Source: a virus (Duplodnaviria > Caudoviricetes). From it: DNA of 58,012 bases. Location of the stretch: the IMG/VR virus record IMGVR_UViG_3300016471_000316, positions 1 to 58,012 of that record; one strand, 5' to 3'. Position 1 is the stretch's first letter. Every line of letters begins with the position of its first letter. Below, one piece after another: positions 46,380-54,423 of the stretch. The notes below the pieces were generated by a model. It did not search any database, was not told where the DNA came from, and worked only from the letters and a program-made list of their open reading frames with translations. Made by a program: the position numbers and the translations under genes.

Positions 46380-47047
46380 TTACTGCGACCCGCATCGTCG
46401 CCGCGCAGCTTGCAGACGCCGACGCTGCGTCCCTGTGGGCGCACCATCTCGCCGCAGCAGCGGAGAGGTACGAGATCAATACAGGCGCACGGATCGCCGC
46501 ATGGCTGGCCCAGGTCGCGCATGAAAGCGGACACCTCCGTCAGACGGAGGAAAACCTCTCCTATTCCGCTGACCGGCTCATCAAGGTCTGGCCGAATCGT
46601 TTCCGCTCGCTGCGCGCCACCGACCCGGACGATGCTCTCGTCGTCGACGGCATGGGGATCGCGCAGAGATTCGCGCGCAAACCCGAAGAAATCGCATCGT
46701 TCGTTTACGCAAGCCGCATGGGCAACGGTCCGATGGAGACTCGCGACGGATGGAATCATCGCGGCATGGGGCTGATCCAACTGACCGGGAAGCGAAATCA
46801 GACCGCCTATGCAGCCGCTGCTGGCATATCCGACGAGGTCGCGAAGGACACCTCGATCCTGGCCCGCGCGCCGCACGCGGCACTCTCCGCAGGGTGGTTC
46901 TGGCACCAGCGCGGCTGCAACGAACTCGCAGACACAGGATCGTTCCGCGAGATCACCCGGCTGATCAATGGCGCGCTGATCGGAATCGTCGACCGGGAGC
47001 GTCTCTACGCCAGCGCGCAGAAGGTGTTCATCGGTGCGAGTGCTTGA
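46376..47047 (+). CDS. Glycoside hydrolase family 19 endolysin
   Basis: AAWLAQVAHESG, ENLSYS, VYA.RMGNG, DGW..RG.GLIQLTG..N, SAGWFW and T..ING motifs. Confidence 0.9.
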   Translation: MITATRIVAAQLADADAASLWAHHLAAAAERYEINTGARIAAWLAQVAHESGHLRQTEENLSYSADRLIKVWPNRFRSLRATDPDDALVVDGMGIAQRFARKPEEIASFVYASRMGNGPMETRDGWNHRGMGLIQLTGKRNQTAYAAAAGISDEVAKDTSILARAPHAALSAGWFWHQRGCNELADTGSFREITRLINGALIGIVDRERLYASAQKVFIGASA

Positions 47048-47405
47048 CGCGCGTCCAGCGCACGCGCGCGATCCCGAGATCCCTGATCCCCAGCTTGACC
47101 GCTGCCGCTTCTGACAGGTCGAGCGACCGTCGCGGATGGCAGAACCGATCCGAGACAGTCACCACGACAGATGCCGCGCCGCGCGTTACGCGGATCCTGG
47201 TTCCCAGCGGCAGCGTCGGATGAGCCGCCGAGAAATGTCCCGATTGGAACTGCTGCCCAGAAGCGGTCGCCCGGCCCTCATGCGCGGATCCATACCAGCT
47301 TGCGATTCCGCTACCGTGCGACCCTCCCCGGTGCCCTCCAGCGCACTGACCCGATGCTTGCGACGATGCGACGGCGATAGCTGCCGCGAGCCACCATCGG
47401 ATCAT
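47028..47405 (-). CDS. RlpA-like (DPBB) lytic transglycosylase with signal peptide
   Basis: G.ASWYG....GR.TASG, AAHPTLPLGT..RVT, V.DR and DLS..AA..LG motifs. Confidence 0.85.
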   Translation of the reverse strand: MIRWWLAAAIAVASSQASGQCAGGHRGGSHGSGIASWYGSAHEGRATASGQQFQSGHFSAAHPTLPLGTRIRVTRGAASVVVTVSDRFCHPRRSLDLSEAAAVKLGIRDLGIARVRWTRVKHSHR

Positions 47406-47818
47406 TCTGGCTGCAACGCTTTGCGCGCTGCCCTGATATCGCCGCGTCGTACCCACAGGTCGTCTGACCGCGCGTCGTTCTCGGCTTCGTTCCAGTCCTC
47501 TTCCGCGCGGATATCGGCTGCGCTGCTTGAGTCGATGTCGTCAGGCCACAGGAAAAGACTCGCGAAGGGCTTGAGCGCCGCCCGCGCCTCGTCGCGTTCT
47601 CTGGACAGCGCAACATCTCGTTCGCTGTTCAATCGCTGGATCGTGACCAGCAGTTCTCGCATTCGCCTGACCTCTGCCCGCGTCTCGTCGCGCTCGCGGG
47701 TCAGGCGCTCGATCTCCGCGCGCTGCCGCTCGATCTCGATAACCGCGTCAACGGCGATGGAGAGATCGTCGTGGCGCGCGGCAGCTAGTGCGCGCAGAGC
47801 TGTGATTAGGTCGCTCAT
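47402..47818 (-). CDS. Hypothetical coiled-coil protein (paralog of 30328..30537)
   Basis: DLITALRALAAARHDDL...IERLTRERDE; ALKPFA. Confidence 0.7.
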   Translation of the reverse strand: MSDLITALRALAAARHDDLSIAVDAVIEIERQRAEIERLTRERDETRAEVRRMRELLVTIQRLNSERDVALSRERDEARAALKPFASLFLWPDDIDSSSAADIRAEEDWNEAENDARSDDLWVRRGDIRAARKALQPE

Positions 47819-48174
47819 GGCTTGGCCTTCAGCGCATCGCGCGCTCGTTGCCCGCCGTCGCTCATGATCGGAGGCGCCTCCGTGAAAACCACAGCGGGGT
47901 CAGGATCACCGGGGCTGCGACGCTCGATAGGGAAATGGTTGCGCGGGTCGGCGTACCAGCGCAGCGCCGCCCGCAGCCGGTACACCTCGGCCTCCAGCCT
48001 CTTATTCTGCTCGTCCGCACGCCAGTCTCGATCAAACGTATGCGTCCACTCGCCGCCACAATTGGTGCAGAGGCGGCTCAACTTGGTATGCCCATCGTCG
48101 TGCGATACAAGCCGCACGGTCTTTCCCTTCCGCCCGCAATGCGGGCAAACAGCGTCGATTAATCTCTCGCTCAT
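47815..48174 (-). CDS. Zn-ribbon hypothetical protein
   Basis: CPHCG...CTNCG; AL.WYADP.N; ends in AKP. Confidence 0.65.
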   Translation of the reverse strand: MSERLIDAVCPHCGRKGKTVRLVSHDDGHTKLSRLCTNCGGEWTHTFDRDWRADEQNKRLEAEVYRLRAALRWYADPRNHFPIERRSPGDPDPAVVFTEAPPIMSDGGQRARDALKAKP

Positions 48175-48368
48175 GGCTTGGCCTCCACAGGTGTGATTTT
48201 GAATCCGGCGATCTGGATGGCGCGAAGGCGGTCGGCCCACAGCCGCGTCTTAGCTGTGCGCGACTGCGGCGGCAGTTCCTGCCATGCGACGTCGAGCGTC
48301 GCGCGCTCCAGTTCGTATTCCGACCACGCGATCTCCTTCGCTGCGGCCAGCAGATCCGCGTCTCTCAC
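48171..48368 (-). CDS. Hypothetical protein
   Basis: GTGA coupling; ends in EAKP. Confidence 0.55.
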   Translation of the reverse strand: MRDADLLAAAKEIAWSEYELERATLDVAWQELPPQSRTAKTRLWADRLRAIQIAGFKITPVEAKP

Positions 48369-48736
48369 AGCACCGCTCCGTATGCGATCCAGGCCAGGAA
48401 GAGCCCTCCACTCGCCAGGGCAGCGAGGACCAGCGCGAGGTCGATCTTCTCGGCGCGGGTGAGCCCCTGCGATGGCGGTCGCCAGGACTCGACCTGCGCA
48501 TTCAGGTAGGCGTCCCTCCACGCCAGTTCTTGCTCGACCTCGGCACGCATCCAGGCGATGGACTGCGCGTCGAATTCATGGAGGTGCCGCCCGTCTGCCG
48601 TAGCGCAGAGCGAGGCTCGCATCGAAACGAGGACGCGGTCCTCGACCAGTTCGGGGCACACCCAGTCCCCCTCCCCCGTCAGCGTGGCGAGTTCGTTCCT
48701 CAGACCGATAAGGTCCATGTCCCGCGATATTAGCAT
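48365..48736 (-). CDS. Hypothetical protein with C-terminal TM anchor
   Basis: GAGGAGG SD; hydrophobic C-terminus. Confidence 0.65.
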   Translation of the reverse strand: MLISRDMDLIGLRNELATLTGEGDWVCPELVEDRVLVSMRASLCATADGRHLHEFDAQSIAWMRAEVEQELAWRDAYLNAQVESWRPPSQGLTRAEKIDLALVLAALASGGLFLAWIAYGAVL

Positions 48737-48747
48737 CTGTTTCCTCC

Positions 48748-49056
48748 TCAGGTCGGACGCCGATCCGGCGGCGTCAGGCTGTTGATCCTGCTCTCCATTG
48801 CCGCAGTGGCATCCAGCGTCTCGCGGATCATCTCGGACATCGCCCTGACGACCGGCGTGTAGGCGTCCTGTCGCACATTGCGCCAGATGTGCAGAGTGAT
48901 GCACGCCTCCAGCGTTTTGAACATCGCCATCTTGGCGGCGGCTGGGTCGCCTAATTTCGCGGTGAGCATCTTCTCGACGTTCAGGACGAAATCGTCGAGA
49001 GCATCCGCTGCTTCCGTCGCGGCTTCGTGCGCCCGACGCATCAACTCGTCGTGCAT
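48748..49056 (-). CDS. Helical hypothetical protein (tandem paralog B)
   Basis: AAGGAG SD; aligns almost without gaps to 49069..49398. Confidence 0.7.
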   Translation of the reverse strand: MHDELMRRAHEAATEAADALDDFVLNVEKMLTAKLGDPAAAKMAMFKTLEACITLHIWRNVRQDAYTPVVRAMSEMIRETLDATAAMESRINSLTPPDRRPT

Positions 49057-49068
49057 TGCACTTCTCCT

Positions 49069-49398
49069 TCAATTTGGTTTCTGGCTGGGCGGGGCGGCGT
49101 TCAATGCCGCCTCGTATTGCGCGAACCGCGTCATCTTCTGACGCATGAGGCTGACCAACTTGTCGATGCACTTGATCCGGCTCTCTGCTCGTATGGTCAT
49201 CGCAATCCGAATCGTGAGCATCTCCTCCAGGGCACGGATCGTGACGAGCTGCGCCATGCTTCGGTTGCCGGTTGCCTCCGCGACGGTCTTTTCGACGCCG
49301 TCGAGGAATTCTTTCAGCGCATCGGTTGCCATGTCGCTCATCACTTCGAACCGCGCATTGTCGAGCTTCGGTTCGCCCTGCTTCTCCTCTTCGTTCAT
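49069..49398 (-). CDS. Helical hypothetical protein (tandem paralog A)
   Basis: AGGAGGAG SD; ATGA coupling. Confidence 0.7.
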   Translation of the reverse strand: MNEEEKQGEPKLDNARFEVMSDMATDALKEFLDGVEKTVAEATGNRSMAQLVTIRALEEMLTIRIAMTIRAESRIKCIDKLVSLMRQKMTRFAQYEAALNAAPPSQKPN

Positions 49399-49604
49399 CG
49401 CGCTCCTCCTCTGGGTGCCAACCGCATCCTGGCGGCTGAGATCATGACCGTGGTGCCGTCCCGGAATCGGACCGGCTCGTATCCAGGCGGAAGGCTCGCC
49501 CGCCCGCCCATCTCCCTCGTCCACCTTGCGATGGTCGCGGCCTCCCATCGGACACTGCCGTCGAGCGACAGCGCCGATACCTCGATTGCAGTTCCGGGTT
49601 TCAT
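49395..49604 (-). CDS. Hypothetical protein
   Basis: Coupled on both sides. Confidence 0.6.
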   Translation of the reverse strand: MKPGTAIEVSALSLDGSVRWEAATIARWTREMGGRASLPPGYEPVRFRDGTTVMISAARMRLAPRGGAR

Positions 49605-50083
49605 GCAGCGTCCCTCTCCATGAGCCAAGGGGGAGTCGGGCGGCGCGTCCATCGGGCGTGCGACACTTTCGCGGCGCGATAGTATCTCCGATAGGCGAGC
49701 ACCGGATCGGCGCATTTGAATTCAGCAGGCATGGCTTGGGCTGCACCTTCGAGTGATGGAACGCAGCCTGGAGCGAGCAGCTTCGCCAGTTCGACTGCAA
49801 CCAGGGCTGACTTGTGGCCAGTGCCGAATCGGTGCCGATGCTCCAGGTAAAGCGCAAGGCACAGGTCATGCACCCAAGCGATTGCACCGGGCCTATTCAC
49901 GAGCCATCTGGTGCAGGGATGACCCGCATGCGTCGACCGATACATCAAGGGATGAGACAGGCCACGTTCGCGCGCGACCGTCGAAAGCATCTGCGCGCTC
50001 TCAAGGATCATCTTCCCGACATGCCGATCATGGTGCCAGATCGCCGCACGGGCCGGATCTCGGTCGAGGATGAAGATATTCAC
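49601..50083 (-). CDS. Pyrimidine-dimer DNA glycosylase / endonuclease V-like protein
   Basis: MNIF.LD.DP..AA..H.D.HV.KM.LE.AQML, Y..TH..HPC..W, AYR.YY and P.W motifs. Confidence 0.8.
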   Translation of the reverse strand: MNIFILDRDPARAAIWHHDRHVGKMILESAQMLSTVARERGLSHPLMYRSTHAGHPCTRWLVNRPGAIAWVHDLCLALYLEHRHRFGTGHKSALVAVELAKLLAPGCVPSLEGAAQAMPAEFKCADPVLAYRRYYRAAKVSHARWTRRPTPPWLMERDAA

Positions 50084-50352
50084 GACCGGCACCGGTCCGC
50101 GAGCGCATCGATCCCGGCGTCGATCCGGTCAGCTTCTGCCTCCGGATTGGCAAGGCAAAGGTCTCGGATAACGCATGGCAACTTGGCTCCGTTATCGAAC
50201 TCGACCAGGACCCTCGGACACCTTACCTCGGACAGACCGAAATCCCTGATGATCGTGCCTGTCCACAACGGACGACCGTCGCGGAATTCGATCACGCGGT
50301 CTCCGGGCTTGAAACCCGCCTCGCGCAGGGGTGACACATGCGCTAATCTCAT
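50080..50352 (-). CDS. Small SH3-like hypothetical protein
   Basis: AGGAGG SD; FKPGDRV...GTI...V.VEFD pattern. Confidence 0.6.
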   Translation of the reverse strand: MRLAHVSPLREAGFKPGDRVIEFRDGRPLWTGTIIRDFGLSEVRCPRVLVEFDNGAKLPCVIRDLCLANPEAEADRIDAGIDALADRCRS

Positions 50353-50395
50353 CTTCCCTCCTTGCCCGGGCTTCCGGGTCGTTGTAGCTGGAACG

Positions 50396-50426
50396 ATATT
50401 ATTCGGCGCAAGGCCAAATGCAAGCG
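50396..50426 (-). promoter_or_regulatory. Early promoter 4 (TTGCAT-N16-TAATAT)
   Basis: CGCTTGCA motif with identical spacing to the other three. Confidence 0.7.
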
Positions 50427-50447
50427 TTTTGTCATGGGAGTTACAAT

Positions 50448-50993
50448 ATGAAAGCAGGACGCGAGGATCGAGATGGTCCAAGCCAGACCGGCCAACCCCA
50501 GGCTGAAAACAGCGGCAGGAAGGCCGGAAATCAGGCGGTACAGCAGCGGAAGCCGCGATCGGGTACGGACGCCCAGGGCAAGCGTCAGGATGCCCTAGGA
50601 AAGAAAAGGGCTAGCCTGAAGGGGAAGGGCAGGCGTCGAGGGGTCGCCCATGTCCCGACCGATCAGACGCGGAACATGATCGCGTTAGCCGCAATGGCTG
50701 GCCTGACCCAGGATCGGGCTGGAGCGATGATCGGCGTCGGGAAGCTGACAATCCAGCGACACTACGCAGCCGAATGGGAGCGCGGGACTGACCACGCGAG
50801 CATGAAAGTTGTGGGAAACCTGTACCGAATGGCAACGGCGACGACAAACGACCGGGTCTCTGTCGCCGCAGCGATATTTTGGGCGAAAGCGCGACTCGGT
50901 TGGCGCGAGCGGCCGCAGACGGCAGAGGCCGAGGCGATGCCGGGTCCAGAAGGCAAAATCACCGTTCGCCTAAAGCTATTCGAAGATGCCTGA
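50448..50993 (+). CDS. terS: Terminase small subunit
   Basis: H.PT...R..., HTH, HY..E...G and AAAIFW.K.R.GWRE motifs; overlaps TerL. Confidence 0.8.
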   Translation: MKAGREDRDGPSQTGQPQAENSGRKAGNQAVQQRKPRSGTDAQGKRQDALGKKRASLKGKGRRRGVAHVPTDQTRNMIALAAMAGLTQDRAGAMIGVGKLTIQRHYAAEWERGTDHASMKVVGNLYRMATATTNDRVSVAAAIFWAKARLGWRERPQTAEAEAMPGPEGKITVRLKLFEDA

Positions 50994-52266
50994 ATTCGAA
51001 TACCTCCGGCCGCGCCTCTATCCAGCCCAACAGCAGGCGATCTTTGACTGTGTCGATCCTGCGGGAGTGGCGGCGCGCTATGCGCTGATCGAAGCCAGCA
51101 CGAAGGCAGGCAAGACGGCCGGGTGTATCATCTGGATCTTTGAGCAGGCGTTCGTTCAGGGCCGCGCAGGAGGGAACTATTGGTGGGTCGCTCCCGTATA
51201 CCCGCAAGCGAAGATCGCATTCCGCCGGCTGAAGCGGGCGCTCGATCAGAACCTATACGAAAGCAACGAATCAGAATTGACCATCACCCTGCCTAACGGA
51301 GCGCGTATCTGGTTCAAGAGCGGCGACAATCCTGACAATCTGTACGGGGAAGACGTTTACGCAGCCGTTCTGGATGAAGCTAGCCGCCTGAAGGAAGAAG
51401 CCTGGATCGCAGTCCGCTCGACCCTAACCGCTACGCAGGGTCAGATCCGCATCATCGGAAACGTCAAGGGTAGGAGAAACTGGTTCTACAAACTCGCCCG
51501 GCGAGCCGAGGTAGGCGAGTCAGGGATGGCCTATGCGAAGCTAACTGCGATGGATGCAATCGCGGGTGGAGTGCTCAAGCCATCAGAAATCGAAGACGCC
51601 AAGCGAGTGCTGCCAGAAGCAGTGTTCCGCGAACTGTACATGGCGGAGGCGAGCGATGATCAAGGCAACCCGTTCGGGATCTCGCACATCGCGGCCTGTA
51701 TTGGACCGTTATCGGCCGAGCGGCCTGTCGTCATCGGCGTGGATCTTGCCAAATCGGTCGACTGGACGGTCGTCATCGGCCTGGATCGCACGGGCAAAGT
51801 CTGCGGGTTCAGCCGGTGGCAGGGACCATGGGAAAACACCCAGAGGGAAATACTGCACCTTGCTGGCCGAACGCCTACGCTGATCGACTCGACAGGGGTC
51901 GGTGATCCTATCGTCGAGCGACTCCAGGCTCTACGGAAGAACGTATTCCAGGGATATCATTTCAGCGCGTCATCTAAGCAAAAACTGATGGAGGGCCTCG
52001 TCGTCGCCATCCAGCAGCGGGAAATCACTTTCCCGGATGGACCGATTCGCGCAGAACTCGACCTGTTTGAATACAGTTACACCAGGACCGGAGTGCGCTA
52101 TTCTGCCCCGGAAGGCTATCACGACGACTGCGTGATGGCGCTCGCTCTCGCAGTCGAGCATTTCCGCTCGTTCAGACCCGCGCAAGCTTCCGCCCGACCG
52201 CCAGCGATCACTCGGATATCGCCATGGCTGTCGCAGCCGCAACCCGGAGACGGAATCAATGGCTAA
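50986..52266 (+). CDS. terL: Terminase large subunit
   Basis: Walker A STKAGKT, WWVAP.Y.QA, Walker B VLDEA, nuclease G.DLAKS.D.TV, DSTGVGD and HDD.VMA.ALA motifs. Confidence 0.93.
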   Translation: MPEFEYLRPRLYPAQQQAIFDCVDPAGVAARYALIEASTKAGKTAGCIIWIFEQAFVQGRAGGNYWWVAPVYPQAKIAFRRLKRALDQNLYESNESELTITLPNGARIWFKSGDNPDNLYGEDVYAAVLDEASRLKEEAWIAVRSTLTATQGQIRIIGNVKGRRNWFYKLARRAEVGESGMAYAKLTAMDAIAGGVLKPSEIEDAKRVLPEAVFRELYMAEASDDQGNPFGISHIAACIGPLSAERPVVIGVDLAKSVDWTVVIGLDRTGKVCGFSRWQGPWENTQREILHLAGRTPTLIDSTGVGDPIVERLQALRKNVFQGYHFSASSKQKLMEGLVVAIQQREITFPDGPIRAELDLFEYSYTRTGVRYSAPEGYHDDCVMALALAVEHFRSFRPAQASARPPAITRISPWLSQPQPGDGING

Positions 52267-53596
52267 CCCAAAGACCCGCGTCGATATGTCGGTCCTCGGA
52301 TCGACCGGCCTCCGGCAGACGGGCGGCTATATCTACGAGGAGCCGTTGCGCGTCCTGCGCGGGCAGAACGGGGCGCGCGTCTACCGCGAGATGAGCGACA
52401 ACGATCCGATTGTCGGCGCTGTCCTGTTTGCCATCCAGATGCTGGTGCGGCAGGTCGAGTGGAAGGTCCAGGCGGCAGACGATACGCCGGAAGGCGAGGC
52501 GGCGCAGAAGTTCGTCGAGGGAGTCCTGGCCGACTCATCGACGCCATGGTCTGCGGTTGTCTCGGAGATCGCCTCGATGTTCACCTACGGCTTCGCGCCG
52601 ATGGAGATCATATGGAAGCGTCGCGGCGGCGAAAGCGGCGACCCGAAGACGCAGTCCAAGTTCACCGACAACAAGATCGGGATCCGCGCGATCTCACTCC
52701 GCGCGCAGACATCCCTGGTCAACTGGCTGCTCGATCCCGAAGACGGCTCATTTCAGGGCATGGTGCAGCAGCCGCCGACGGGCTCGATGGTCACGATCCC
52801 AGGCGAGAAACTGCTCCTCTTCCGCACCAGTGCGGAGCGGGCGAACCCAGAAGGCCGAAGCATCCTCCGCAACGCCTACCGTCCCTGGTGCTTCAAGAAG
52901 CGCATCGAGGAAATCGAGGGGATCGGCGTCGAGCGCGATCTTGCCGGGCTACCCATCGCGTACATCCCGTCTCAGTATTTCGACCCGTCTGCCGACGCGC
53001 AGGAGCGGCAGACGCTCGCCGCTTGGCAATCGCTGGTGACGAAGGTGCGCCGAGACCAGCAAGAGGGCATCTTGATTCCGTCCGACCGGGACGCAAGCGG
53101 CAATCTGCTGTTCGATTTCAAGCTGCTCTCGACCGGAGGGGCGCGCACGTTTGACACGAGCCGCGTCATCGAGCGTTACGACCGCGCCATCGCAACGAGC
53201 GTCCTGGCAGACTTCATCTTCCTCGGGCAGCAAGCAGTCGGCTCGTTCGCCCTGTCGTCGGACAAGACCGCCCTCTTCGCGACCGCTATCGGCGGCTTCC
53301 TGCGGACGATCCAGGACGTATTAAACCGTGATCTGCTCCCGCGCCTGTGGCGATACAACGGCTTCGATGCCGCGCAGATGCCGACGATGGTGCCGGGCGA
53401 CCTCGAAAAGCAGAACATCGCGGAAATCGCGCAGTTCGTGCAGACGCTCGCCCAGAGCGGCGCAACGCTATTCCCGGACCGCGACCTCGAAAACCATCTC
53501 CGCAAGGTTGCTGGTCTTCCTCCCGCTCCCGAAGAGGAGACCGGAGACGGAACGGACCCGACTATGGTAGCACCTGAACAACCAGAGGAGTTTTGA
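52259..53596 (+). CDS. Portal protein (DUF935 / Mu gp29-like)
   Basis: YGF...E..W, NPEGRS.LR.AYR.W..KK...E.IG.ERD..G.P and GSFALS motifs. Confidence 0.9.
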   Translation: MANPKTRVDMSVLGSTGLRQTGGYIYEEPLRVLRGQNGARVYREMSDNDPIVGAVLFAIQMLVRQVEWKVQAADDTPEGEAAQKFVEGVLADSSTPWSAVVSEIASMFTYGFAPMEIIWKRRGGESGDPKTQSKFTDNKIGIRAISLRAQTSLVNWLLDPEDGSFQGMVQQPPTGSMVTIPGEKLLLFRTSAERANPEGRSILRNAYRPWCFKKRIEEIEGIGVERDLAGLPIAYIPSQYFDPSADAQERQTLAAWQSLVTKVRRDQQEGILIPSDRDASGNLLFDFKLLSTGGARTFDTSRVIERYDRAIATSVLADFIFLGQQAVGSFALSSDKTALFATAIGGFLRTIQDVLNRDLLPRLWRYNGFDAAQMPTMVPGDLEKQNIAEIAQFVQTLAQSGATLFPDRDLENHLRKVAGLPPAPEEETGDGTDPTMVAPEQPEEF

Positions 53597-53597
53597 T

Positions 53598-53993
53598 ATG
53601 GCTCACCAATTCGGCACCACGGTCCGCAACAACATGGCGACGCAACTGACGACTGCACTCGCCAGCGGCTCCATCAAACTGTTTTCTGGATCGGTTCCTG
53701 CGAACTGCGCTGCCGCAGATCCTGCGGGTCTACTGGCATCCGGAAACCTTCCCGCGACGGCGGCGACGAATACCGGTGGAGTCGTTTCGAGGAGCGGCAC
53801 ATGGTCGTTCACCGGCTCTGCTGCGGGAAACATCGCATCATTCAGGCTCTACGATTCCGGCGGCACCTGCATCCATCAGGGTACTGTCACAGCGACGGGA
53901 GGCGGCGGCGATATGACCGTCGACAACATCAACATCGCGAACGGACAGACAGGCTCTGTGACCGGATACGCGACGACCATCGGAGGCGCTTGA
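53598..53993 (+). CDS. Putative virion appendage/fibre protein
   Basis: RN.......,I..FSG..PA, AG....FR...G....QG.V...GGGDM..DN..I..GQ pattern; Gly/Thr-rich. Confidence 0.7.
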   Translation: MAHQFGTTVRNNMATQLTTALASGSIKLFSGSVPANCAAADPAGLLASGNLPATAATNTGGVVSRSGTWSFTGSAAGNIASFRLYDSGGTCIHQGTVTATGGGGDMTVDNINIANGQTGSVTGYATTIGGA

Positions 53994-53994
53994 G

Positions 53995-54411
53995 ATGGCT
54001 TATGATCAGGTAAACCTAACGGAAGGTGCTGGTCCAAAAGCCTCCGCGACTGACGTAGTCGGCGGGAAGCACGTTCAGATCGTGAAGCCGCACTTCGGCG
54101 GCGAAAACGTCTCGACCCCGGTTTCGGAACAAACGCCACTCCCGACGCAGGAAGTGGGAAGTCCGACCTCTCTGCTGCAACGAATTCTCGCCGCCCTTTT
54201 GTCGCCGATGGGCTACGACAGGTCTCTGGCAAGATCGCGCGTGACGGCAGTCGTGGAGAGCGGAACCGTGACCACTGTCGGAACCGTCAGCACCATCACC
54301 GGAGGCACAATCACCAACCTCACCAACATCGACGGTCGTAACGGCTTCATGCTCATGAATTCGGTCGGCCTCAGCGCATGGGCCGACGTTCATCGTTCGC
54401 GGATAACCTGA
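53995..54411 (+). CDS. Putative virion structural protein
   Basis: GTVTTV.TV..IT...ITNL repeats. Confidence 0.65.
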   Translation: MAYDQVNLTEGAGPKASATDVVGGKHVQIVKPHFGGENVSTPVSEQTPLPTQEVGSPTSLLQRILAALLSPMGYDRSLARSRVTAVVESGTVTTVGTVSTITGGTITNLTNIDGRNGFMLMNSVGLSAWADVHRSRIT

Positions 54412-54423
54412 GAGGTACTGAAC

